Source: a virus. Taken from it: DNA of 64,000 nt. Below are positions 37,848 to 47,165 of this stretch, one piece after another. The stretch's first letter is position 1. The number at the start of each line of letters is the position of its first letter. The notes under the pieces are model-generated. The model saw only the letters and a list, made by a program, of their open reading frames with translations, searched no databases and had not been told where the DNA came from. The stretch is taken from positions 120,944 through 184,943 of the IMG/VR virus record IMGVR_UViG_3300037264_006630; one strand, written 5' to 3'. The translations under genes were made by a program, and so were the position numbers.

Positions 37848-38098
37848 GCGGTCCTCCTGGCGGCCTTCGCCAACTCGGCGAGCCGCAGCCGGTGGTACTC
37901 AGCCTCGGTGATGGTGCTGACCTGGAGGTCGCGGGAGCCGAGGCTGTGGCCGCAGGGCGTGATGATGATCGGACGCGACATGCCGTAGGGGATGAAGTCG
38001 TAGAAGTAGACCCGACCGCAGCCCTTCGCGCGACAGCGCATGAACCGGCGCTTCATGCCGCGGCGGATCGGCGGCACCTTCGCCTTGGCGGCGGTCAT
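37844..38098 (-). CDS. small zinc-finger-like protein
   Basis: CRAKGC...PCGH; coupled. Confidence 0.55.
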   Translation of the reverse strand: MTAAKAKVPPIRRGMKRRFMRCRAKGCGRVYFYDFIPYGMSRPIIITPCGHSLGSRDLQVSTITEAEYHRLRLAELAKAARRTA

Positions 38099-38592
38099 CG
38101 GTCGAGACCCACGTCCACGCCGTCGACCAGGATCATGGCCGGGCAGTCGAGGTCGTCGGGAGTGAGCGAGTAGGGCAGCCAGTCCTTCTCCTTGTCGAGG
38201 TAGTCGAGCCCCGAGACGTAGCGGATGACCAGCGTGGGGTCGGCGCTCTCAGGCGGCGCCTTGTACCAGAACCGGATCGGCTTGCCCTGCTGGAGCACCT
38301 CGGACCGGCGCAGGGCGCGCGCCACGGTGAGGGGCATCTTGGCCTCGATAGCGGCGAGGAACTCATCCATCGCCTTGTCGCAGGCTTCGGCGGCGAGGTC
38401 CGGGGTGATGAAGCCGTCGCCCTGCTTGACGATGCCGGTACCACCGTCTTGGAGGCTGCGAGCTTCGTCGGAGAAGAGGTACCAGAGGTGCCGGCCCGGA
38501 TTGACGATCTCGACCACGCCGCACAGCGGGCCGTAATCGCGCTCCGAGCGTTGGCGCCAGTGGCCGGTGATGGGCTTCCAACCCGGGTTCAC
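38095..38592 (-). CDS. hypothetical protein
   Basis: GTG 38592 in GTGA overlap. Confidence 0.6.
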   Translation of the reverse strand: MNPGWKPITGHWRQRSERDYGPLCGVVEIVNPGRHLWYLFSDEARSLQDGGTGIVKQGDGFITPDLAAEACDKAMDEFLAAIEAKMPLTVARALRRSEVLQQGKPIRFWYKAPPESADPTLVIRYVSGLDYLDKEKDWLPYSLTPDDLDCPAMILVDGVDVGLDR

Positions 38593-39962
38593 GGCGTGAC
38601 CTCGGACTGCGGCACGCCGTAGTTGCCCTCTTGGATGACGATGGCGCCGGGGTCGCGCCGCCCGGGGCGCTCGACCCAGACCCGACAGTCCATCTCCACG
38701 GCGAGTTGCCGCAGGAGGTCGATGCCCTCGTCCTCGTCGAGCCGCGAGCCGTCGCGGACCCACACGTCCCGGAGGCGCGGCGCCTGCCGCATGGCGATCG
38801 CGAGCGCGCACCGGAGCTGCTCGGCCTGCGAGGCGTTCGAGAACACGGCCCCGCCGAGCTTGAGGCCGTCCTCGGTGACCTCCAAGTCCGGCACCGGCAT
38901 CTCGGCGGCGGCGAGCTGCTCGGCCTTGCTCGCGTCGATGGCCTTGAGCCGCTCGGTGAGCCGCTCCTGCTCCACGGAGCGATCGCGGATCTCCGCTTCG
39001 GCGGCGGCGATCTGACGGTTGGTCGCCGCGGCGGTGGCCTGCCAGCGGCCGTAGTTCTCGCTACGGTTGGCCTCGGCCTGGAGCTCGCGGCGGCGCTCCT
39101 CGAACCCGGCGAACGTCTCCTCCGTCGGGACCTGCGCGGCGGCCTCGGCGACTGTGGCGACGCCGACCAAGCGCCGCTCCATGTTGGCGGCGAGGGTGGC
39201 GCGCGCCGCGACCAGCGCGGCCTCGAGCTTGGAGATCTCGGCGTGGTTGCCGTCGATGATCTGGTCGAGCGTGGCCAGCCGACCAGCCAAGGCGACGTGC
39301 TTGGCGCGCGCCTCGTCGGCGGCGCGGCGCTGGGCGGCCACCGCTTCGATCTCGGCGGTGATCTCCGAGATGCGCCGCGCATCCGCGGGCGACTCGGTCA
39401 TCGGGAAGATCTTGGCGCGGACGGCCTGGGCCTGCTTGAGCAGGCGACCCACGCCGGTGCGCTCGGCGAAGAGGCGGTCGCGCTCCTCGTCGAGGCCGGT
39501 CACGTCGATTCCGACCAGGGCCAGGAGGATGGCCCGCTGCTCCTTGGCCGGGCGCGAGATGAAGCCGATCGGATCGAGGAAGCGGCCGGACACCAGGGTG
39601 TCGAGCCACGCCTGGGGCGGGGTGATGCGCCCGTCCGGGCCGGTGATGGTGAGGGTGGTCTTGCCCTTGGTCGTCGCGGTGGTGGCGGTGATCGTCCGGC
39701 GGATCAGGTAGTCCCCGCCGTTCAGGTGGATCTCGACTTCGGCCTTGTCGGCGCCCCATCGGACCGCGTCGTCCGGGATGGCATCGGCGCCGAAGAAGGC
39801 GATGGACAGCGCGTCCATGAAGGACGACTTGCCGGCCTTGTTCTTCCCGGCGACCAGCAGGACGTGGGCGTCCGCGCCGGGCTCGATGTGGACGTGCGCG
39901 ATGCGCTTGACGTTGCGCACGTCGACCGCAGTGATCTCCAGACGCGACTCGCGTGTGTTCAT
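38589..39962 (-). CDS. SMC/RecF/RecN-like ABC-type ATPase with coiled coil
   Basis: Walker A GKNKAGKS, signature NASQAEQ, Walker B-like VWVRDGSRLD. Confidence 0.8.
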   Translation of the reverse strand: MNTRESRLEITAVDVRNVKRIAHVHIEPGADAHVLLVAGKNKAGKSSFMDALSIAFFGADAIPDDAVRWGADKAEVEIHLNGGDYLIRRTITATTATTKGKTTLTITGPDGRITPPQAWLDTLVSGRFLDPIGFISRPAKEQRAILLALVGIDVTGLDEERDRLFAERTGVGRLLKQAQAVRAKIFPMTESPADARRISEITAEIEAVAAQRRAADEARAKHVALAGRLATLDQIIDGNHAEISKLEAALVAARATLAANMERRLVGVATVAEAAAQVPTEETFAGFEERRRELQAEANRSENYGRWQATAAATNRQIAAAEAEIRDRSVEQERLTERLKAIDASKAEQLAAAEMPVPDLEVTEDGLKLGGAVFSNASQAEQLRCALAIAMRQAPRLRDVWVRDGSRLDEDEGIDLLRQLAVEMDCRVWVERPGRRDPGAIVIQEGNYGVPQSEVTP

Positions 39963-40000
39963 GCGCTTGAACATACGCACGAACGCCGTACCCCGTCAAG
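39960..40000 (-). promoter_or_regulatory. repeated promoter-ATG cassette, copy 3
   Basis: CTTGACG-18 nt-TATGTT-CAAGCGC-ATG. Confidence 0.75.
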
Positions 40001-40003
40001 GGG

Positions 40004-41677
40004 TCAGTTCGCGGGAGGCGGCGTGATCGGAGCCAACTCGTCGACCACCGGCGGCGCCGGGACTTCGGGCTCGGCGATCTCGAGCGGCGCCGGGTCGGTC
40101 TCTGCCTCGCACTGCGGCGGCACGGCATCTGGCACCGGCCGCTCGACCGGATCGACGGGCGCCCCCGACAGGGAGACGCCGACCAGCGTCGCGACCGCGC
40201 GGAGTTCGTCCGGTGGCTCGGCGCTCACGCCGACCTCGGCGACCAGGAGCGCGACGAGCACCGTTCGAGGAGTCGGCAAGGTGCGCTCGGCGCCGGCGCC
40301 AGCGGACCAGCCGGGATCGCCCGCGAAGATCGACTCCGGGTCGAGGCCACCCGCCTTCGCCACCGCCTTGACCGTGGCCGGGGCCACGATGCGGCGGGCC
40401 GTGAACGTGAGCATCACGTTGTCGGTGAGGACGCCGCTGCTGGCGATGACCGCCTTCACGAGCTCGGTCTCCTTGGCGTTCCGCGCGTCCTTGGCGGCGC
40501 GCATGGTGGCGCGGGCGGGGTCAGCGGCGGCTTCTGCTTTGGCGGCTGCGCTCTCGGGCTGGTGCCGGACGGCGTTGCGGATGGGCGCCGCGACCGAGCG
40601 CTCCACGTAGAGCACCCGCGGCCGTCCGTCCTGATCGCGCAGGAGCGCGCGCTCGGGGGTGAAGCCGGCGGTCGCGACCGCGGCCTCCCAGGTCGAGCCC
40701 GGCATGAGCGGGCAGTCGCCCTCGGGGTCGACGTAGCCCGACGAGCGCGCGACCATCGGCCGCGCACCGTGGCGCACCAGGAAGGTGAGGTCCGGGTTGC
40801 GGTCCACGACCTCGTACTCCTCGCTCACGGCGAGCGTGGCCGCGCGCTCGTAGGCGTGATCCATCTTCCCCTGCCAGCACTTCGGCACCGCGCACATGTC
40901 GGCGGCCCCGGCGATGTCAGGGAACAGGTCCGGCTGCTTGCCGGTCCGATTCGGACAGTCGTTGCACGAGCCCGGCTTGCCGTCTGCCTTGGGCATCGTC
41001 TTGTCATTGAGGGCCCACTCCACGCTGTCCTCGTCGAGCGGCGCCAGGACGTGCCGGCGGATCCACGAGTTCATGTCGGCGTCGTTCGAGATCCGCTTGT
41101 CCTTGATGGCCTCCCACAGCACGTTCTGTTGCTGCGAGGCCGGGATCATCGCGATCCGCCGGGCTTGGTCGTGGGTGAGCGCACCGTCGCCGTACGCCTT
41201 GCGGCACTTCGGCGAGAGCCGGAGCAGGCGCAGGCGTTCGCGGATGAAGGAGACCGGCTTCTGGACGCGGCGCGCCAGGGTGCGCAGGTCGTGGGCGAAC
41301 TGCTCGGTGAGAAGGTGGAACTGGTGGGCCTCGTCGAGCGGGTGCGAGAGCTCGCGGTCCGCGTTCTCGCGGTACTGTGCCTCGATCACCTCGTCGTCCG
41401 TCATCTCTCTCACCTCGACGTCCACGAACGCGAGGCCGGCGGTCACCGCGCCGAGCTTGCGGCGGTGGCCGAAGACGATCTCGAGCGCGTTGGGATTGTC
41501 GTGGGGGATGCGGCAGACGATGCGCTGGAGAATGCCGTTCTCGGCGATCGACTTGGCGAAGTCGCGCTTGTCCCCCCAATTGGTGCGCTTGTGGAAAGGG
41601 GAGTCGATGAGCGATGCGGGTTCGGCCCGGCGGATGACGGGTGGCGGAGCGGGGGTAGGCGTGGAGTCGGCGGTCAT
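40004..41677 (-). CDS. ParB/Spo0J-like protein with long C-terminal extension
   Basis: SIAENGILQRIVCR, EIVFGHRRK, RENADRELSHPLDEA followed by an HTH. Confidence 0.8.
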   Translation of the reverse strand: MTADSTPTPAPPPVIRRAEPASLIDSPFHKRTNWGDKRDFAKSIAENGILQRIVCRIPHDNPNALEIVFGHRRKLGAVTAGLAFVDVEVREMTDDEVIEAQYRENADRELSHPLDEAHQFHLLTEQFAHDLRTLARRVQKPVSFIRERLRLLRLSPKCRKAYGDGALTHDQARRIAMIPASQQQNVLWEAIKDKRISNDADMNSWIRRHVLAPLDEDSVEWALNDKTMPKADGKPGSCNDCPNRTGKQPDLFPDIAGAADMCAVPKCWQGKMDHAYERAATLAVSEEYEVVDRNPDLTFLVRHGARPMVARSSGYVDPEGDCPLMPGSTWEAAVATAGFTPERALLRDQDGRPRVLYVERSVAAPIRNAVRHQPESAAAKAEAAADPARATMRAAKDARNAKETELVKAVIASSGVLTDNVMLTFTARRIVAPATVKAVAKAGGLDPESIFAGDPGWSAGAGAERTLPTPRTVLVALLVAEVGVSAEPPDELRAVATLVGVSLSGAPVDPVERPVPDAVPPQCEAETDPAPLEIAEPEVPAPPVVDELAPITPPPAN

Positions 41678-41696
41678 GAGCACCTCGGGGGTTGGG

Positions 41697-43175
41697 TCAC
41701 GCCAGCACGTAGACGAGCTCGTGCCGCGCGCGGGTCATGGTGACGTAGCGCAGATTGGCGGCTTCGATCACCTCGATCGGAGAATCGGTGGCACGCGGTG
41801 GCGTGAACGACGTGGTCAGCATCCAGACCCGGTCGGCCTCGAGCCCCTTGGCCTTGTGGACGGTCGAGCACACGACGTGGCCGGTGGAGCCGTCGTCGTC
41901 GAACAGGTCGTGGATGCGCTGGACCATCTCGTCGATGGTGTCGCAGTCGTCGAGGATCGCATCGAGGACGGCGCCCTTGTCCTTGGCCAACGCCTCGGCC
42001 TGCTCGCTCTTGCGCGCGCGGGCGGTGCGGACCTCGCGGTCCTGCCAGGCGGCGATCCGCTCGGCCATCTTCACCATGTCGCCGCCGGTGCCGCGAGCCA
42101 GCCGGCGCACGAGCGCGCTCATGGTGGGCGCCAGGTCGGAGCCGACCACGCGGGCGCGGGTGCCAGCGCGCAGCATGCGCAGGCAGGCCAGCACCAGGAT
42201 GGCGTTGGTCCTGCCGATGACGAAGTCGCCGGCCCTGGCACCGGTCGCGAGATCCTTCCACGCGCAGGACCGTACGGTGCCGTCGGGGGCGCCGGGCGCT
42301 GCCTCGATGTCCGGGACGATCGACTGCGCCTCCTTGACGATGAGGCGCGCGCAGCGGTGGGTGATGGTGAGCTTATACTCGCGGGCCTTGAGACCGGTGC
42401 GGATGCGATCGAGTGCGTCGGGGAAGGCCCCTCTCCACGAGTAGAGCGATTGCCGGTCGTCTCCGAGACCCATGAACCTCCCGCCTTGCGCGCGGAGGCT
42501 GGTCGACAGTCGGAGTTGCGCCAGGTTGAGGTCTTGCAGCTCGTCTACGACCACAATGTCCGAGCGTTCGGTGGGCAGCCGCATCACCAGCGGCAGGTAC
42601 AACATGTCCGGGAAGCTGATCACGCCGTCCCGCTCAACATCCAGCGCTCGGTCCACCACGGTCGCCGCCGCCCGCAGTACCCCGGTCCGGGTCCAGGCTG
42701 TCTCCGCAAGCTCTTCCGCGCTGGGCATGACGCCTATCCGCACTCCGACCCGTTCGATCTCCTCGGTGTCGGTGGCCTTGTCGGGCGCCATCTCCTTCGC
42801 CGCACAGGCCAAGTCGGATACCGCGTCGATCACCAGGACTGGCTCGTCGGCGCCGCACACCTCGAGCGCTTGACGGCGCTCCCGGTTGCGGTCGATGGCG
42901 ACCCCGCGGAAGCGGCGATCCACGGCGGTCTTGCCGATGCCGTGGAGGGTGCGCGCACGCACGCCGGGCGGCGCCTTCCGGAGCAGCTCCTTGGCGATGT
43001 CGGTGTTGAACGCGCACAGGATGGCGCTCTGGCCGCGGGGGCGCTTGGCGACCGCTTGCAGAAGCGTCCAGGTCTTCCCGGTCCCAGCTCGCGCGCGAAC
43101 GATCAGATCGCCATCTTCGCCCGAAGCGACCGCAGCGATCACATCCTCCTGCTGCGCGGTCGCTTCGACGGTCAC
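41697..43175 (-). CDS. UvrD/Rep-like SF1 helicase
   Basis: ARAGTGKT, VVDELQD, GDDRQSLY, STVHKAKGLE, YVTMTRAR. Confidence 0.9.
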   Translation of the reverse strand: MTVEATAQQEDVIAAVASGEDGDLIVRARAGTGKTWTLLQAVAKRPRGQSAILCAFNTDIAKELLRKAPPGVRARTLHGIGKTAVDRRFRGVAIDRNRERRQALEVCGADEPVLVIDAVSDLACAAKEMAPDKATDTEEIERVGVRIGVMPSAEELAETAWTRTGVLRAAATVVDRALDVERDGVISFPDMLYLPLVMRLPTERSDIVVVDELQDLNLAQLRLSTSLRAQGGRFMGLGDDRQSLYSWRGAFPDALDRIRTGLKAREYKLTITHRCARLIVKEAQSIVPDIEAAPGAPDGTVRSCAWKDLATGARAGDFVIGRTNAILVLACLRMLRAGTRARVVGSDLAPTMSALVRRLARGTGGDMVKMAERIAAWQDREVRTARARKSEQAEALAKDKGAVLDAILDDCDTIDEMVQRIHDLFDDDGSTGHVVCSTVHKAKGLEADRVWMLTTSFTPPRATDSPIEVIEAANLRYVTMTRARHELVYVLA

Positions 43176-44314
43176 GACTTCTTGCAGTGGTCGCAGGTGC
43201 CGGGCTTCTCGACGGGTCCACCGCAGCCGGGACAGAGCGGATCCTTCTGGTCCTTGGCACGGGCCTCGGCGGCCCGCTCGGCAACCCGACTCACCGTGCC
43301 GCGCTTCGCCGGGACGGGTTCCGGCTCGGGCCGCCGAGGTGCTTCGGTGCTGCGCTCGAACGCCTCGCGCATGTCGGCCGGGATGGCGCCGGTATCGGCT
43401 GCCAGAGCCAGGGGGGCGGCCCCCGCCATCGGCGTCCCGTCCTTGGCGTTCTCCACCGTCGTCCGGGTGAGCGGCATGATCACGACCTCCTCTCCGCGGG
43501 CTTCGATGGCATCGCGGAGCTCGTCGGGATCGTAGAAGCCGCCGGTGATGTCGGAGTAGTTGAAGCGCATGGTCTTGGTGCAGGCGCGCCACAGGAGCAT
43601 GACGTCCTCCTGGGTGTTCCACTGGTTCCGCGCCGGGTTCTTGCCCTTGTCGCAGAACCCCATCCGCTTCGCGGCGGCGTGCGTGTAGCTCATCTCGGTG
43701 GGCTCGGACTCGCCGAGGCGGAGCGTGCGCCAGGTCGCGATCTCGTCGGTCGTGACGACCGGCTTGATCCACTTGCAGAACTGCGACCGTCGCACGAGGG
43801 CGAGTTGGGTCTGGGCCGGGACGCAGACCTTGCCCTCGATCACGTAGAGCGCGGCCGACTGCATGATGTTGAGGCCCATCTGCTTGCCGGCCATGAGCAT
43901 GTACATCACGTCGTTGGGACTGCCACGCACGACCTCGGGGACGAACACCGTGTTGGCCAGCCACCGCGCGAAGCGCCACATCTCGTCCCAATTGGTGGGC
44001 TCGAAGCCCATCGGGAGCACCGGAATCATGGGGCGGACGAGCCGGGTCTCTCCGTCCTTGGGGGGCTCGGCTGCACCGCCACCGTTCGCTGCGGCACTGG
44101 CGGGTGCGGTCTTGGCGTCGACTGCTGGCGCATTGGGCGCGTCGCTGGGCGGCGTCTCGGGGTCGGACGGCGGAGGGCGATCGCCATCGCCAGCCGGCAC
44201 CGGCGTCGCCGCGGGAGGGTCGATGACGGCGAGGCCGTCTGAGGTCTTGGTGACGGTGAACCCGGACGCCGCGATGGCGCCGGTGGAGAGCTCGGTCTGG
44301 GTGTTGGGGGGCAT
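43172..44314 (-). CDS. RecT-like single-strand annealing protein
   Basis: MAGKQMGLNIMQS..YVIEGK, W..QEDVMLLWRA..GGFYDPDE; adjacent to YqaJ. Confidence 0.7.
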   Translation of the reverse strand: MPPNTQTELSTGAIAASGFTVTKTSDGLAVIDPPAATPVPAGDGDRPPPSDPETPPSDAPNAPAVDAKTAPASAAANGGGAAEPPKDGETRLVRPMIPVLPMGFEPTNWDEMWRFARWLANTVFVPEVVRGSPNDVMYMLMAGKQMGLNIMQSAALYVIEGKVCVPAQTQLALVRRSQFCKWIKPVVTTDEIATWRTLRLGESEPTEMSYTHAAAKRMGFCDKGKNPARNQWNTQEDVMLLWRACTKTMRFNYSDITGGFYDPDELRDAIEARGEEVVIMPLTRTTVENAKDGTPMAGAAPLALAADTGAIPADMREAFERSTEAPRRPEPEPVPAKRGTVSRVAERAAEARAKDQKDPLCPGCGGPVEKPGTCDHCKKS

Positions 44315-44319
44315 GGGTC

Positions 44320-45441
44320 TCACTTCTTCCATCGGGCGTGGGGAACGGTGAAGGTACGGCTGGCCTCGCCGAGGTGAGCGGCCTCGTGCCGCTCCCGCTC
44401 GACGGCATTCCAGCCGAGGGCTTGGTAGAGGACGTCGATGGCTTTGCGCCACGAGAGCTTGCCGGCGCGCGTGGCCCACGAGATCGGGCCGAGATGCGTC
44501 TCCGTGCGCTCGTGCTCTCCCATCGCGTCCTTGACGGTCTGGCTCAGGGCCTCGAGCCTGCGGTCCGCGTCCTTGCTGGCGAGCCAAGCGGACTTGAGGT
44601 CTCGCACGATCTCGTCGAGAGCCGGCGACGCCTTGACCACCGAGCCGCCGATCGAGGTCTTGTACTTGCGCCGGAGGTGGCGGTTCCACCCCTCGCTTCC
44701 GTCGGGGCTGGGCTCGATGCCTTTCAGGATGTGCTTGGCCCAGAAGTCCTCACCGATGGTGAGGAGGTCGGCCACGAAGTCCTGGTTGATGGTCCAGGTC
44801 CAGTTGCGGCGGACGTGGGTGTCCATGAGGGCCGCGAGGCTGGCGTGCTTGATTGACCACAGGTCGCCGTACCAACTCGCCTGGATGACCATGCTGGGCG
44901 GCACCGGCTCATCGGCGTCGGGCTCGCGCGAGTAGACCATCGAGCCGTGGTAGCCGTGGGTCTTCACCTCGACGACCCGTGCCCACCAGTCGTGGATGCC
45001 GGGCGGCGTAAACTGGAGGAAGGCGTTGCAGTCGGGGATGTACAGCTCGTCGACCGTCGGGATCTCGAGCCCATCGGCCGACCCGCGCTGCCACTCACGA
45101 CCCTTGCGGCAGACCAGCGGCGGACGCCAGACGGTGACCGGGCCGCCGGGGCGGGGCCAGAACTCCCCGCCCTTGATGTAGAGGTCGCCGAGGATGCGGG
45201 GCTCGAGGTACTGCCCCATCCACAGCCGGTCGGTGTTGTCGCGGCGCGTCTCGGCCCACTCCGGCCGGACGATCGAGTCGTAGACCTCGATGGCGTTCTT
45301 GAACGGGTTCTCGTTGCAGATGGCGCTCATGTCCGATCCGCCGAGCCCGCCCTGCCGTCCTACCAACCACTTCGATCGGTCGGCTTGGTCCGCGATCCAA
45401 ATGAGATCCTCGGCCGCTTTCCGGGCCTGCGCTGCGTCCAT
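44320..45441 (-). CDS. YqaJ/lambda-exonuclease-like recombination nuclease
   Basis: WLVGRQGGLGGSD, GQYLEP, SADGL, VEVKT, QASWY. Confidence 0.85.
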   Translation of the reverse strand: MDAAQARKAAEDLIWIADQADRSKWLVGRQGGLGGSDMSAICNENPFKNAIEVYDSIVRPEWAETRRDNTDRLWMGQYLEPRILGDLYIKGGEFWPRPGGPVTVWRPPLVCRKGREWQRGSADGLEIPTVDELYIPDCNAFLQFTPPGIHDWWARVVEVKTHGYHGSMVYSREPDADEPVPPSMVIQASWYGDLWSIKHASLAALMDTHVRRNWTWTINQDFVADLLTIGEDFWAKHILKGIEPSPDGSEGWNRHLRRKYKTSIGGSVVKASPALDEIVRDLKSAWLASKDADRRLEALSQTVKDAMGEHERTETHLGPISWATRAGKLSWRKAIDVLYQALGWNAVERERHEAAHLGEASRTFTVPHARWKK

Positions 45442-45478
45442 AAAATTATCCCTACCACGCGCCTCTGACGCCTGTCCA

Positions 45479-45498
45479 CGGTTTCGGGCGACACCCGA
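45479..45498. promoter_or_regulatory. operator O1 (TCGGG-N5-CCCGA) between divergent promoters
   Basis: CGGTTTCGGGCGACACCCGA; 19/20 identical to 45932-45951. Confidence 0.7.
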
Positions 45499-45506
45499 TG
45501 CGGACC

Positions 45507-45535
45507 TTGCCGTGATTGGGCTCGGCCGATAGGGT
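45507..45535 (+). promoter_or_regulatory. promoter of the Cro-like gene (leaderless spacing)
   Basis: TTGCCG-17 nt-TAGGGT, 6 nt before GTG 45542. Confidence 0.6.
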
Positions 45536-45541
45536 CCCCTC

Positions 45542-45925
45542 GTGACCGAAGCCGCTGGCATGCTTGGTGATCCGCAGCCGGAGGTGCGGCGCATCGGGCG
45601 ACCCGCCGAGCGGGAGATCCCACGAACCCACCTGCACGACTGGATGGGGAGCCAGAAGATCTCGAGCCAAGCCTTCCACCAGAAGTGCGCGGACATCGCC
45701 GTCTCGCGGAAGATCTCGGTGGAGTTCGTCCCCACGAAGAGCTCGGTCGATGACATGAAGGTGGCCCGGTTCTACCCCTCTCTCGTGGTCGCGTATCTCA
45801 TCGAGATTGCGACCGGCGGCGACATCGGGTTGAAGCAGTGGGCGGACGACATCAAGCGGCACGGGACCCGGCACGGCAAGCGGCATACCAGCCGGGCCAG
45901 CACGCGCGCCGGAAGCACGGCGTAA
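45542..45925 (+). CDS. Cro/YdaS-like HTH regulator
   Basis: LVVAYLIEIATGGDI motif; position at the divergence point. Confidence 0.55.
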   Translation: MTEAAGMLGDPQPEVRRIGRPAEREIPRTHLHDWMGSQKISSQAFHQKCADIAVSRKISVEFVPTKSSVDDMKVARFYPSLVVAYLIEIATGGDIGLKQWADDIKRHGTRHGKRHTSRASTRAGSTA

Positions 45926-45931
45926 GGGATA

Positions 45932-45951
45932 CGGTTTCGGGCAACACCCGA
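45932..45951. promoter_or_regulatory. operator O2 upstream of the replication-operon promoter
   Basis: CGGTTTCGGGCAACACCCGA, 5 nt before TTGACG at 45957. Confidence 0.7.
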
Positions 45952-45995
45952 ATCGTTTGACGGCTGACGCGGGCTCGTGTTAGTCGAATGGGGGA

Positions 45996-47165
45996 ATGCA
46001 TGGCGTCCCACACGACCGGTGGCCTCTATTGGCCGTCGGGTCCTGGCTGTGGTCGCTCGAGCATTCCCACCTCCGCGTGTACCTCGCCCTCACCTCCCTC
46101 GCCGCCCCCGAGCCGATCGTGGTTCGCGTCCCCGTTTGGGGCGAGGTAAGCCTGCGTCGGGGCGACGTTCTCACCACCCTGGACCGCCTTGCTGGAGCGG
46201 CCAAGGTGACCAAGGCTGTCGTGCGCAGCGCCCTCAAGGCCCTCGCCGCCGGCCCGCAGCGCGACGGTCGCGACCCCGCGATCGTGGTGGACCCTCGCCT
46301 GCGAGGATTCACCATCATCGCCGTGTGCAGCACAGCAAGCAGCACAGGGTCCAGCACAGCCGATAGCACAGCGGCGGCGGCGGGAACCGCGAGCAATGTC
46401 GAGCAGATGCCGGCCCCGGCCAACCTCGAAGAGCACAGCAAGCAGCACAGGGTCCAGCACAGCGAGCAGCACAGCGCCGCCTCCGACAGCACAGCGAACA
46501 GCACAGGCAATCGCACAGCCACTACCACGGAAATGACGAGCAGCCGCATTGAGTTGCCAGTCTCGTCTGACGTGGGACAGCACAGCGAACAGCACAGGCA
46601 ATCGCACAGCCACCCCCCTGGGGATGGGTCTGGCACGCAACCTGCTCTCTTCTCAGATCCGGATCAGGTTCCGGGAGACTCCGGATCTCCGGAGATCTAT
46701 CGAACTATTGTCGGCGATTCCGAGGCTGACACCTACATCCTCCCCTCCCCCGAAAGCCTCTCGGCCGAGGAGACCCCCGAGACGCGCACCAAGGCGTCGC
46801 GGATCAGCCCCCAGGCGTGGAAGGCCGCCGACTACCTGCGCGCCAAGATCCTGGACGAGAACCCCGAGGCCGCCATCGGCAAGCGGCCGTGGTCGGCGCA
46901 CAAGCAGACCGGCCTCCGGCTGGCCTGGGCCGAGGAGTTCCGCACCATGAAAGAGCGCGACGGGCGCCGCTTCGAGGACGCCAAGACGCTCATGGACTGG
47001 CTGTTCGGTGGCCAGTTGAGCGAGTTCAAGTACGTGGTCCACAGCCCGTCGGCACTCCGAGCGAAGTGGGACCGCATCGTCTTGGCACGGAAGAAGGAGG
47101 CGGCACCGAAGACGGCACCGCCGAAGCCGTCGTCAGTGATGCCTCGCAAGACGGAGGCGCTCTGA
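45996..47165 (+). CDS. replication initiator (lambda O/DnaD-like)
   Basis: N-terminal wHTH (LRRGDVLTTLDRLAGAAKVTKAVVRSAL), internal iterons, directly before DnaB. Confidence 0.7.
   Translation: MHGVPHDRWPLLAVGSWLWSLEHSHLRVYLALTSLAAPEPIVVRVPVWGEVSLRRGDVLTTLDRLAGAAKVTKAVVRSALKALAAGPQRDGRDPAIVVDPRLRGFTIIAVCSTASSTGSSTADSTAAAAGTASNVEQMPAPANLEEHSKQHRVQHSEQHSAASDSTANSTGNRTATTTEMTSSRIELPVSSDVGQHSEQHRQSHSHPPGDGSGTQPALFSDPDQVPGDSGSPEIYRTIVGDSEADTYILPSPESLSAEETPETRTKASRISPQAWKAADYLRAKILDENPEAAIGKRPWSAHKQTGLRLAWAEEFRTMKERDGRRFEDAKTLMDWLFGGQLSEFKYVVHSPSALRAKWDRIVLARKKEAAPKTAPPKPSSVMPRKTEAL
46329..46609 (+). repeat. iteron array / probable replication origin
   Basis: 14 copies of (A/C)GCACAG at 12-bp period in blocks of 4, 7 and 3, translated in different frames. 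Confidence 0.75.

Noticed and set aside
40896-43535. 879-aa plus-strand ORF, and the long N-terminal extensions of track ORFs such as 54279, 46817, 41697..44408 and 44320..45756
   Set aside because: Antisense or upstream run-ons. Real starts were placed at coupled or promoter-linked codons where codon bias and motifs begin.
46329-46609. CRISPR array
   Set aside because: 7-bp units with 5-bp gaps inside a coding gene; no repeat-spacer geometry and no cas genes.
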